Positions 49,384 through 58,869 of a stretch of DNA of 64,000 bases are shown one piece after another. Location: the IMG/VR virus record IMGVR_UViG_3300010429_001617. One strand, 5' to 3'. Under the pieces are notes generated by a model. That model did not search any database, was not told the DNA's origin, and saw only the letters and a list, made by a program, of their open reading frames with translations. Position 1 is the first letter of the stretch. Each line of letters opens with the position of its first letter. This DNA comes from a virus. Lineage: Duplodnaviria > Caudoviricetes. The position numbers were made by a program, and so were the translations under genes.

Positions 49384-50313
49384 ATGTTAAGCGAAGTATC
49401 GATTGAAATTAGAAGAACTGACGATATAGAAAATATTTATAATTATCTTATCGATCAGGGATATGGACTTGATAAAAAAAGAATGTTAAGTTATGGTGTG
49501 AGATATATATGGATACATTCTGTCTCGAATATAACTTATAGTAAAAGCGGCACCAAATGGAATAATTATGAAATAATGAATTTTGATGAATTTAAAAATA
49601 GAATCGATATTCAAAAAAATAGAAGAAAAAAACAAAATGTAGAAGAAGATCCTTGGAATGAAGAGGACTGGGGTTACGTCGAGGAAAAGAAAAACAATTA
49701 TAATTTTCAAATAGGCGAAAAGGTCAGATTAAAAAGAAGCGTTAAACATGAAATATATGGAAGACCTATTTTGGCTCTATCAAATGCTAAAGGTGAGATA
49801 GGCGTAATAGAAGAAATATTCGATGAAGATAAATATGCCTATAAAGTGAAGTGGAAAAATGGTTTTGTTGACCGGTATTCAAAAGATGAAATAGTTCCAG
49901 CCTTAAAAACAACGAGATTATTAAAATTATCCGACGATCCTTGGGGTGAAGAAAACTGGGGATTTGTTAAAGAAAATGTTAGTGATTTTGAATTTTTGAA
50001 AGACTATAACATATTATATTCCACATATGATGAGATGTTTGATATAGCTAAGAAGTTGGTGGAAATCGGATTTGATGTATATGGATATAGTTGTGAAAGA
50101 GATAATAAATTGGAACATGAATGGTATAAATGGAATTGTTTTGTATGGTCACCAAACAAGTATTTTGTTCAATCGAGAATAAATCGTGATTTTAAAAGAA
50201 TGGATTATGATGATTTTATAAGAATCACTGGAGGGGCAATAAGAAAAAGAAAATTAAAATTAGAAGATGATCCTTGGGGTGAAGAAAACTGGGGATATAT
50301 AGAAGATGATTAG
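49384..50313 (+). CDS. three-module protein, each module ending in DPW.EE.WG
   Basis: Three tag copies; middle module SH3-like (FQIGEKVRL). Confidence 0.7.
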   Translation: MLSEVSIEIRRTDDIENIYNYLIDQGYGLDKKRMLSYGVRYIWIHSVSNITYSKSGTKWNNYEIMNFDEFKNRIDIQKNRRKKQNVEEDPWNEEDWGYVEEKKNNYNFQIGEKVRLKRSVKHEIYGRPILALSNAKGEIGVIEEIFDEDKYAYKVKWKNGFVDRYSKDEIVPALKTTRLLKLSDDPWGEENWGFVKENVSDFEFLKDYNILYSTYDEMFDIAKKLVEIGFDVYGYSCERDNKLEHEWYKWNCFVWSPNKYFVQSRINRDFKRMDYDDFIRITGGAIRKRKLKLEDDPWGEENWGYIEDD

Positions 50314-50969
50314 GACATCTTATCTTTTAATGCCTCTCCTATTACTTGAATAAAAGTCTTTAAATCCGGAACATTTGTATCAAAATTATCTTCGTTAATT
50401 CTGAGAGTTATAACAAAATCATTCTTTCCTTCCTTTTTAACATAAAGCTCAACTTCATCTGAATTATTTATAGTCAAAACAAAGTGAAAAAATAAACTCT
50501 TACAAGGCATCACTTTAACTCTTGGATCATATTTGACACCGGTTACTGAAATATCTTTAACATTATTTTTATTGAGCCAATCATTTATTATAAAAGAAGG
50601 TTGTTTGATGAACTCAGATAATATTTTTATATTGTCTCCGAATTTGTTGTTTTTTATGACACTAGACCATTGATTTTTAAAATCATTTATATCATCAAAA
50701 AATTTTTTTTCATACTGACAATTTATGTCATAGAGATATTTGAAAGAATAATTTTTTTCTTTGGTGACAAGAAGTCTTTCTTTTTTATCATCCACATTAA
50801 ACATAAGTTTAGTATAAATAATAACTTGATCTTTTGAAAATAATTTATTAAAGAAAAGTATTAGTCTTAGAATGCCGTCCTTTTCTTCATAAACTGAATT
50901 TGTATATTGTATTTCGCTTCCAGCCATTACTTCACGAATAGCTTGCTCAATGTTTTGAATTGTTATCAT
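50310..50969 (-). CDS. hypothetical protein
   Basis: 219-aa ORF. Confidence 0.6.
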   Translation of the reverse strand: MITIQNIEQAIREVMAGSEIQYTNSVYEEKDGILRLILFFNKLFSKDQVIIYTKLMFNVDDKKERLLVTKEKNYSFKYLYDINCQYEKKFFDDINDFKNQWSSVIKNNKFGDNIKILSEFIKQPSFIINDWLNKNNVKDISVTGVKYDPRVKVMPCKSLFFHFVLTINNSDEVELYVKKEGKNDFVITLRINEDNFDTNVPDLKTFIQVIGEALKDKMS

Positions 50970-50976
50970 TAGATAA

Positions 50977-51156
50977 TTATCTTAAATTTATTCTTTCTTT
51001 TATTTGATAGGGTAGATCTTTTTTTATTTTTTCCTTTCCAAACATTTTATCCCTGTTCTTTATTGCTTCCTTTTCCTGCTTTTTATACTCTTCTTCTGGA
51101 GTTAATTCTTTTCTTCTAAAAGGGTTGAATTCTTCGAAAGTTCTTATGTTTTCCAT
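50977..51156 (-). CDS. 59-aa protein with leader MENIRTFEEF, not in ORF track
   Basis: Ends KDLPYQIKERINLR, like C-termini of 1193/1555 ORFs; AATATATA upstream. Confidence 0.55.
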   Translation of the reverse strand: MENIRTFEEFNPFRRKELTPEEEYKKQEKEAIKNRDKMFGKEKIKKDLPYQIKERINLR

Positions 51157-51190
51157 AATGTTTGTTTTTTTATAAGTATATATTTAATTT

Positions 51191-53896
51191 TTAAATAGAA
51201 TTAATTATTTTTTCATTAACAAATTCTTTTGATATTAAATATCTGTGTTGTATATCACTGGTGTCACTTTCATCTACTCTTAAAATATTGATTTTCATAC
51301 CTTTATAATAATGGACTTTTGGTGTTCCTCTTAGAGTTATATCCCATCCAGCAGTATTCCATTCAAGTACAGCATTGAGTCCTGTGATTTTTATTATTTT
51401 ATACAATCCTGAATAATCAGAATAACTGACATATCCGCTGTTTGTCGAGCCACTTTGTAGATATAAATTTTCTATATAGACGTAATCGTTTTCATAGAAT
51501 AAATCATCTTTCAAGTCTATTGTTGTGTAGTTTGGATATCCAGCCCACGTTGCCCCAGTTGTCAGCCTATCTATAAATGTGAATATTTCCAAATAATAAG
51601 ATGTGTTGAAAGTTGAGCCAGTTGGATTAACCGAATTATAGCCATCAGGATAAACAAGATCTACAGGCATATCCAATAATGATATTAAATTTTTCTCTGT
51701 TTTTGGAGTTGGTGTTCCATCGTAGTATAAGATATTGATGTTCATTTCATTTGAGTATAAAGCTATATCCGGTCTTATTAATATGTCCACAGATTGTTTG
51801 AAGGTTAAATCATTGTCCAGTGTCACACTTAGAACAAGATCACTATGCTCAATCACCATATCATTTAAAATATTAACTAAAAATCTACCAGATTCTGGAA
51901 CCTCAATCATTTGAGCATAAGATGATTGTGATTGTCCAGACATTGTTAAATTATAGTTAGCTATATCTGTTGTCCTATAAGTATATATTTCGTTATAATC
52001 AACATCAACAGCATCAAAACTTAAAGCCGGATAATTCTTAGTATAATCTATTGATAGTTTAACTGTATCGGAATCAACAAATTGATTCGTCTTATACATC
52101 TTCAAAAGTTGTTCTTGATTTGTTAAACGATTTTTTATGTCATTGATATCTGTTTGTGAATATATTAAACTTTTTAATTTAACTATTTCATCGTTCAAAT
52201 CAATATATTGCCCGATGACAGTGCTGAATTGCTCGGAAAGTAGAACGTAATTACTTAAAACTTTATTATATAAATCAAAACTAAAAGCGTTATATATGGA
52301 TGTTGGATCATATCTCAATGGGAGCATATCATTATCCACTTTGAAATCTAAATTCAAATTATAAATATAAGAATATCCATCCTGCTCTGAGTTTGTAACA
52401 AGTTTTGTGGTCGCTGATATTAAATTGTCATCATCAATTCCAAAATCATTGTCAGGATTATCTAAAAATTGTATGCCATATAAATTGGTATATGTTTTAT
52501 CTATGGTATTATCGTGTATAGTATAGTACCATAAAATAGCATTAAATTCAAAATCTGCCGGCGGCTCTTCGTTGATAGATATAGTATTGAATTCATCAAA
52601 TGTGTTTAATGTGGCACTGGCTGTCAGTGCTTTATAATAATGTTTTAAATTAAAATCTATAGAAAGCCCATCTATATTATCAGAATTGAAATCCGATAAC
52701 TGCTCAAAATAATCATCATTGGCTGTGGCGTAGTTATCTGCTTTTAGGACACCATAATAATCTCCACTATATCTTATAGCGTCACCCGTACTTGTATTAT
52801 ATGTTTTATCATAGGTGTCAAAATATCCAAAATAAGAACCAGGATAATCTTCTGGGTTAGTTCTTATTGGGGATGTCAAATTTTCCGAGCCAATGATTTC
52901 ATCTTGTATCTGCTCATCCAATATAGGTATCTGTAATCCTGGATAATAATTTGTGTTTCTCACGGTTTCGAATAAAACGGATGGAGACTCACCAGCGTGA
53001 GCTGGTATCATCGCCGAAAACTCTGTGAACGTTTGTTGTGAAGCTTTTACTTTACTATTATATTGAACCTCACCTATATATTCAACCAAACGATGATAAT
53101 CTAAATAACATATTCCGTTCCAAGAAGAATCAGTATATTCAGTGGATAAAATTAAAGTTGTTTGTTCGGTCCCAACAGTAACAGATGTTATCTCGTGTGT
53201 TATACCACTTAGCTCGGGTGGTACAGGGGCTAATGTGGCGCCAGTTGAAAACATAATTTCATCTCCGACTTTAAACTTACTATAACTGTTTATTGTCACC
53301 TCGGCATATGTGCCAGAAGACGGATCTATTTCGACCGAACATTCATAATTTCTCACCTCGCGCTCTTTCCATAAATATTTTCTAAAATAATCTGGATTTG
53401 TTATGGTCGAAGCATTTGGATTATCGAACTCTGACATATTTTTATCCCAATCTATTTTATGCTCGGCTGGCTCGAAATCAATAATATTATGTAATCTACA
53501 CCATTTCCAGAAAATCATTTCTGTTGGATTTTTTCTTTCCAGCGGATTATAGAAATCTTTATTTGTGGATATACGAGTTTCACGAAAACAAGCATCTTGA
53601 TTAGCCACATAATTTCTTAATGATTCAATAAGTTTCTCTGAATATTTTACAGGACTAGATGTGTTTGGATCAAAATTATAGGAGCTTATTCCATTTTCAG
53701 GATCCACTGTATCAGTTTTTGTAAAATTTAAAACCTTGCCATCGCTTTTTGGTATATTCAATAAAACAAATTTTGAAATATACATATCATATTGATCTTG
53801 AAACGAATATACGTTAAAGTCATTTGAACTGCTTGGCATGGCATAAAAACTTGTGCCTTTTGATTTCATTCTCTTATAGAGTGGTGTTGATGCCAT
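51191..53896 (-). CDS. large virion structural protein (baseplate/tail-associated)
   Basis: 901 aa, acidic and Tyr/Asn-rich; late promoter at 53923; FEFNAILWYY...NLYGI motif. Confidence 0.55.
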   Translation of the reverse strand: MASTPLYKRMKSKGTSFYAMPSSSNDFNVYSFQDQYDMYISKFVLLNIPKSDGKVLNFTKTDTVDPENGISSYNFDPNTSSPVKYSEKLIESLRNYVANQDACFRETRISTNKDFYNPLERKNPTEMIFWKWCRLHNIIDFEPAEHKIDWDKNMSEFDNPNASTITNPDYFRKYLWKEREVRNYECSVEIDPSSGTYAEVTINSYSKFKVGDEIMFSTGATLAPVPPELSGITHEITSVTVGTEQTTLILSTEYTDSSWNGICYLDYHRLVEYIGEVQYNSKVKASQQTFTEFSAMIPAHAGESPSVLFETVRNTNYYPGLQIPILDEQIQDEIIGSENLTSPIRTNPEDYPGSYFGYFDTYDKTYNTSTGDAIRYSGDYYGVLKADNYATANDDYFEQLSDFNSDNIDGLSIDFNLKHYYKALTASATLNTFDEFNTISINEEPPADFEFNAILWYYTIHDNTIDKTYTNLYGIQFLDNPDNDFGIDDDNLISATTKLVTNSEQDGYSYIYNLNLDFKVDNDMLPLRYDPTSIYNAFSFDLYNKVLSNYVLLSEQFSTVIGQYIDLNDEIVKLKSLIYSQTDINDIKNRLTNQEQLLKMYKTNQFVDSDTVKLSIDYTKNYPALSFDAVDVDYNEIYTYRTTDIANYNLTMSGQSQSSYAQMIEVPESGRFLVNILNDMVIEHSDLVLSVTLDNDLTFKQSVDILIRPDIALYSNEMNINILYYDGTPTPKTEKNLISLLDMPVDLVYPDGYNSVNPTGSTFNTSYYLEIFTFIDRLTTGATWAGYPNYTTIDLKDDLFYENDYVYIENLYLQSGSTNSGYVSYSDYSGLYKIIKITGLNAVLEWNTAGWDITLRGTPKVHYYKGMKINILRVDESDTSDIQHRYLISKEFVNEKIINSI

Positions 53897-53980
53897 AATT
53901 AAATTATTATTTTTTTTTTCATTATATATTAAAATATGAATGTTGTAAAAAATTATTTTAACATTTTAATATATAGATTT

Positions 53981-54733
53981 ATGAAATTCTTGAAAATATA
54001 TGAGCAATTTGAACTGGATGATGATCCTTGGGGTGAAGACTCACCAAGAAAATATACATTTGGAGAGTGGTTTAAGGAAAATTATGGAAATAAAGATCCA
54101 CTGACAATAAAGACAATTGATTGCTATAATAATTCTCTGACCAGTCTCGATGAAATAGAAAACTTGATAAATCTTAGGGAGTTATCTTGTCATCATAATT
54201 CTCTCACCAGTCTCGATGGAATAGAGAACCTGATAAATCTTGAAGAGTTATATTGTTCTAATAATTCTCTCACCAGACTCGATGGAATAGAGAACTTAAT
54301 AAATCTTAAAGTGTTATATTGTTATAATAATTCTCTCACCAGTCTCGATGAAATAGAAAACTTGATAAATCTTAAAGCGTTATCTTGTCATCATAATTCT
54401 CTCACCAGTCTCGATGGAATAGAGAACCTGATAAATCTTGAAGAGTTATATTGTTCTAATAATTCTCTCACCAGACTCGATGGAATAGAGAACTTAATAA
54501 ATCTTAAAGCGTTATCTTGTTCTGATAATTCTCTTGTCAGCCTTGCGGGAATAGAGAACTTAATAAATCTTAAAGTGTTATATTGTTATAATAATTCTCT
54601 CACCAGTCTCGAGGGAATAGAAAACTTAATAAATCTTAAAGTGTTATATTGTCATAATAATTCTTTCTCTGATGAATATAAAGTTCATTTAAAAGATCAT
54701 TGTAAAAAAAGAAATATAAAATTGTACATATGA
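53981..54733 (+). CDS. leucine-rich repeat (internalin-type, 22-aa) protein with leader and DDPWGED tag
   Basis: MKFLKIYEQFELDDDPWGEDS followed by ~8 L.C.NNSLTSLDGIENLINL repeats. Confidence 0.9.
   Translation: MKFLKIYEQFELDDDPWGEDSPRKYTFGEWFKENYGNKDPLTIKTIDCYNNSLTSLDEIENLINLRELSCHHNSLTSLDGIENLINLEELYCSNNSLTRLDGIENLINLKVLYCYNNSLTSLDEIENLINLKALSCHHNSLTSLDGIENLINLEELYCSNNSLTRLDGIENLINLKALSCSDNSLVSLAGIENLINLKVLYCYNNSLTSLEGIENLINLKVLYCHNNSFSDEYKVHLKDHCKKRNIKLYI
54122..54665 (+). repeat. 66-bp tandem coding repeats with a 198-bp higher-order duplication
   Basis: aattctctcaccagtctcgatg.aataga.aac.tgataaatctt recurs; unit order ABC-ABC. Confidence 0.85.
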
Positions 54734-55509
54734 ATCACCTGAAACTATATGAACAATTTAGATATGGTAGAGAACCAGATCTTCGTAGAATGACAAATAT
54801 TGTTAGATGTGTCAAAAGAAATTATGAGCCATATTTTACACTAAACAGATATTATGACGTTAAAATATGGGGAAATCCACAAAGGGCAATAGAAGAATTT
54901 CATATAAATGATTATATTCCAGTTGAATGCGTTTCAAAAATCAGGATAAAATCAAATAGAAGTGATTCGCTGGAATTAGATTTATCTAAAAAACAAGATT
55001 ATAATTTCTTTTTCGATTACTTTGAGTTAGCTGATGGAAAAAAGATGAAAAGAAAACAAAATTTGGAAGATGACCCTTGGAGCGAAGAAAATTGGGGATA
55101 TGAGGAGATAAAAGAAAATTCACAAAATGGTGTGATATCATATAATACCACAAGACATATGAATGATAATGAATTATTATCATTATTAAAGAAAAAAATT
55201 ATTGGAAGAACCATAGATTTTCACGCTTTATGTGAAACTGGTAGAGGAAAAAATATAATACACTATAGAATTAAAGATATAAGAGATTTTTATGTTAAAG
55301 ATGTTTATATTGGTGACGGCGATTTTATTTTCATAGAAGGCGTCGGCAAATATGATGACGATAAGAAATATGAAGCCAGTTATATTTTGAGTAAGACGGC
55401 AGATATATTTTATTCACTAACGAGCGAAGAAATAGAAAAAAGAAGGCAATTAACAGATTTACATAAAGAAGAAGATCCTTGGGGTGAAGAAAATTGGGAA
55501 ATCAATTAA
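54730..55509 (+). CDS. two-module protein with MNHLKLYEQ leader and two DPW tags
   Basis: EDDPWSEENWGYEEIKE|N internal; EEDPWGEENWEIN terminal. Confidence 0.7.
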   Translation: MNHLKLYEQFRYGREPDLRRMTNIVRCVKRNYEPYFTLNRYYDVKIWGNPQRAIEEFHINDYIPVECVSKIRIKSNRSDSLELDLSKKQDYNFFFDYFELADGKKMKRKQNLEDDPWSEENWGYEEIKENSQNGVISYNTTRHMNDNELLSLLKKKIIGRTIDFHALCETGRGKNIIHYRIKDIRDFYVKDVYIGDGDFIFIEGVGKYDDDKKYEASYILSKTADIFYSLTSEEIEKRRQLTDLHKEEDPWGEENWEIN

Positions 55510-55530
55510 AAAAAATTAAAAAAAAAAAGA

Positions 55531-55917
55531 ATGAAAACAAAATTTGAAAATTTCTTGAACGAGAGTATCTTTGTCGAAAAAGATGATAAAATATTGAGAG
55601 AAATTATATTTATTATCAAAAAATATAATCTGATACCAACATATGAAAGTCAGACAAGATATTATAGAAAGTTTGAATATCTCATAAAGTTGAAAGATAA
55701 GACATTATCAGTTATTTGTGAAAGAGGTGGTTTGGATGACGAGCCTTTTAATGAATATATAATATCTCTAAATAATGAAAAATTAAAGTGCTCTAAATTT
55801 CTGATGTCAAAGATGTGGAGGCTATCAAAACATTTATATGAAAATCAGGATGGTGAAAAAACTAAAAAAGAGATTGATCAAATTGATCAAAAAGAATTGA
55901 TCAAAAGAATAAAATGA
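55531..55917 (+). CDS. small protein with leader MKTKFENFLNE|S
   Basis: Leader motif. Confidence 0.6.
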   Translation: MKTKFENFLNESIFVEKDDKILREIIFIIKKYNLIPTYESQTRYYRKFEYLIKLKDKTLSVICERGGLDDEPFNEYIISLNNEKLKCSKFLMSKMWRLSKHLYENQDGEKTKKEIDQIDQKELIKRIK

Positions 55918-56927
55918 TTATTGATTTTATAACATATATTAACGAACAAATTGAGGATGATAGAAAATACTACATCTATACATTATCGGATCCGATTGAT
56001 GGTGAAGTAAAATATGTTGGCAAGACAAAGGATTTAAAGGATAGGATGTGGAGACATATGGAGCCATCAAATTTAAAAAATGCTTGGACATCTAAAACAA
56101 AATGGATTTTATGGCTTAAAAAACAGGGACTAAAACCAATAATGGATATTTTAGATGAAGGAGATGCCAATAATATAAATGATTTGGAAAGATATTGGAT
56201 ATCTCAAATAAAAACGTGGGGGTATAGATTAAAGAATGACACAAGTGGTGGGCAAGGCGCAGATTATTGGAAAGGAAAAAAATTGTCAAACGAACATAAA
56301 TTGAAAGTGAAAATGAACAATCCTTTGAGAAAAGATATTTGTGAATATGAAATAGGAACAGATAAATTATTGGCTGAATATATATCTGTTCGTGAAGCTA
56401 GTAAAAAAACTGGACATACTGAGTATGCGATCATAAGTAGTTGTAAAGGATTATCAACGCCGGATAAATTTGGTGTCTATTGGAGATATAAAGATAATTA
56501 TTTTCCATATGAAGCTAGAGATTTGAAACCAAGTGAGGAAACTATTCAAAAAATAAAATTAAAACAACATAGAAATAATATTTGTCAGTATGAAATTGGA
56601 ACAGATAGATTATTATCGACATATGAATCGAGTTATGATGCCGAAAGAATAACTGGAATAAATAGATCCCACATAATGAAATGCTGTAGAGGAATAAAAA
56701 ATTATAACTCTGTTGGTGGATATTACTGGAGATTTGAAGATAATTATTTTCCATATGAACCACCAGCAAATAGACCCATAAAAATAGAACAATATGATAA
56801 AAATGGAAATTTAATTAAAATATATAACTCTACATACGAGTTGAGAAAAGAATTAAAAATAGATTTTAGAGCCATAATTAAAAATAATTATGATTATCTT
56901 GGATATGATTGGAAAATTAAAAAATAA
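55914..56927 (+). CDS. GIY-YIG homing endonuclease with NUMOD1-like repeats
   Basis: YIYTL...KYVGKT...R...H, LERYWI, GGQG; repeated ICQY...Y.S..EA...TG...I..CC.G. Confidence 0.85.
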   Translation: MIIDFITYINEQIEDDRKYYIYTLSDPIDGEVKYVGKTKDLKDRMWRHMEPSNLKNAWTSKTKWILWLKKQGLKPIMDILDEGDANNINDLERYWISQIKTWGYRLKNDTSGGQGADYWKGKKLSNEHKLKVKMNNPLRKDICEYEIGTDKLLAEYISVREASKKTGHTEYAIISSCKGLSTPDKFGVYWRYKDNYFPYEARDLKPSEETIQKIKLKQHRNNICQYEIGTDRLLSTYESSYDAERITGINRSHIMKCCRGIKNYNSVGGYYWRFEDNYFPYEPPANRPIKIEQYDKNGNLIKIYNSTYELRKELKIDFRAIIKNNYDYLGYDWKIKK

Positions 56928-56939
56928 ATAAATAAAAAC

Positions 56940-58541
56940 ATGAAAAAAATGAATTTAATAAATTTAACGGAATTTGATAAATTTGTCGAAATGATGAACG
57001 AAAGCGTAAGTGGTTCAGTACGAAGCCGTTTTGCCCCTTCGCCTACAGGCGCACTTCACCTTGGGGGGGTGCGAACCGCGTTATATAATTATCTTTTCGC
57101 AAAAAAACATAATGGTGTGTTTTATTTAAGAATTGAGGATACTGATCAGGTTCGTTTTGTGCCAGGCGCCGAAGAATATATTAGAAAGTCTTTAGAGTGG
57201 TGTGGAATTTCACCGGATGAATCTCCTTGGCAGGGTGGGCCTTACGGTCCTTATCGTCAATCAGAAAGATATGACATATATCCAAAATATGCTAAAGAAT
57301 TAGTGGATAAGGGTAAAGCCTATTATTGTTTTGACACACCAGATGATATAGAAAATATGAAATCTAAACTCTTAGAACAGGGAGTTGCTTCACCTCAATA
57401 TGATGCTAACACCAGAATGATGATGAAAAATTCTCTAACTCTTTCAGCAGATGAAGTTCAACATTTATTGGATTCAAAAGCTCCTTTTGTCATTAGAATA
57501 AAGTTTCCAGAAGACACACAAATAGTTGTTAATGATATAATTAGAGGAACTGTTGTTGCCAACACAAACACATTGGATGATAAAGTTTTATTCAAATCAG
57601 ACGGACTACCTACTTATCACTTGGCTAATGTTGTTGATGATCATTTAATGAAAACATCGCACGTTATACGTGGAGAAGAGTGGTTGCCAAGTGCTCCGCT
57701 TCATTTCTTTTTATATGAGGCATTCGGTTGGGATACACCAGAATTTGCTCATCTTTCATTAATATTGAAACCAAGTGGGGCTGGAAAATTGAGTAAAAGA
57801 GATGGGGACGCTTTAGGATTTCCAGTTTTTCCTTTAAAGTGGACGGATCCTAAAAATCCAGATGCCACATCAAAAGGATATAAAGACAGCGGTTATTTGC
57901 CTGAAGCTTTCATAAATATGTTGGCTTTTCTTGGTTGGAATCCAGGAACAGAGCAAGAAGTTATGACAATGGACGAGCTCATACAATCTTTTTCATTAGA
58001 AAGATGTGGTAAAGCTGGAGCTCGTTTTAATATAGAAAAAACGAAATGGTATAACGGACAATATATTAGAAAAATGTCTGATGAAGAGGTTTTTGATGAA
58101 TTAAAAAAATCACTGGATGAAAGAGGAATAGATTTACCAGATGGAACTATAAAGAAAATGATAGAAATGAATAAGGGTAAAGTTAATTTTGTTTCAGATA
58201 TATATGAAGCTTCTTTATATTTATTTGAAAAACCAGAAACATATGATAAGAAAACTGTCGAGAAGAAATGGACAGAAAAAAGCCCTGAGGTAATTTCTAA
58301 TTTGAGAGAAGTTTTAGAAGGTGTCCACGATTGGTCAGGTGAAAATATTCAAAGAGCATTTGAAAAATATGTTAATGAAAATCCTGATTTGAATTTTGGT
58401 ATGGTTGCTCCGGCATTGAGACTTGTTTTAACTGGTATGGGTAATGGTCCATCACTATTTGATATTATGGAAATCATCGGTAAAGAAGAAACGTTAAATA
58501 GAATGACAAATTATAATATACAAGTTAAAAAGAAAAAATAG
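56940..58541 (+). CDS. gltX: glutamate--tRNA ligase with extra N-terminal leader
   Basis: RFAPSPTG.LHLGG, LRIEDTD, PYRQSER, VIRGEEW, KLSKRDGD..GFPVFPL (Bacteroidota-type), anticodon-binding domain present. Confidence 0.95.
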   Translation: MKKMNLINLTEFDKFVEMMNESVSGSVRSRFAPSPTGALHLGGVRTALYNYLFAKKHNGVFYLRIEDTDQVRFVPGAEEYIRKSLEWCGISPDESPWQGGPYGPYRQSERYDIYPKYAKELVDKGKAYYCFDTPDDIENMKSKLLEQGVASPQYDANTRMMMKNSLTLSADEVQHLLDSKAPFVIRIKFPEDTQIVVNDIIRGTVVANTNTLDDKVLFKSDGLPTYHLANVVDDHLMKTSHVIRGEEWLPSAPLHFFLYEAFGWDTPEFAHLSLILKPSGAGKLSKRDGDALGFPVFPLKWTDPKNPDATSKGYKDSGYLPEAFINMLAFLGWNPGTEQEVMTMDELIQSFSLERCGKAGARFNIEKTKWYNGQYIRKMSDEEVFDELKKSLDERGIDLPDGTIKKMIEMNKGKVNFVSDIYEASLYLFEKPETYDKKTVEKKWTEKSPEVISNLREVLEGVHDWSGENIQRAFEKYVNENPDLNFGMVAPALRLVLTGMGNGPSLFDIMEIIGKEETLNRMTNYNIQVKKKK

Positions 58542-58542
58542 T

Positions 58543-58673
58543 ATGAAGTATATAAAATTATACGAGCAAAAGATTTTGAAAATGATTCCTGGGGAGAGGA
58601 TACACCTCGTGAAAATAGTTTAATAGACATACTTAGAATGATATTTTATGGCATTCATATTTTTTTAATTTAA
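58543..58673 (+). pseudogene. frameshifted remnant of a leader+tag gene
   Basis: MKYIKLYEQ, then after a 1-nt shift DFENDSWGEDTPRE, paralleling the LRR N-terminus. Confidence 0.55.
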
Positions 58674-58808
58674 GGATTCAATTTTCATTTTCTCATCTAC
58701 TACACCATAATCAACTGGCTGATCAATATCAACCAAATTGTTGGCAATCAACCAACTAAAAAACATGTCAGAAATAATCTGTTCGATTGGTTTGTCAAAA
58801 TTTTCCAT
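58665..58808 (-). CDS. possible 47-aa protein
   Basis: MENFDKPIEQIISDMFFSWLIANN..., A-rich leader. Confidence 0.4.
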   Translation of the reverse strand: MENFDKPIEQIISDMFFSWLIANNLVDIDQPVDYGVVDEKMKIESLN

Positions 58809-58869
58809 TTTTGTTTGTTTTAAATGTTATACAAAAATAGAAAAAAATTTCAGAAATAAAAAAAATAAA

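Noticed and set aside
54122-54665. Diversity-generating retroelement TR/VR pair
   Set aside because: No reverse transcriptase in the window; differences are not adenine-specific; simple tandem duplication explains it
2624-55509. DDPWGEE copies as a CRISPR array or mobile DNA repeat
   Set aside because: Copies are dispersed, always in frame, vary at synonymous positions, and lack palindromes, target duplications or regular spacers
55914-58541. Group I intron or intein associated with the GIY-YIG gene and gltX
   Set aside because: gltX is uninterrupted; the nuclease is free-standing with only 12 nt before the gltX start, leaving no room for intron core structure
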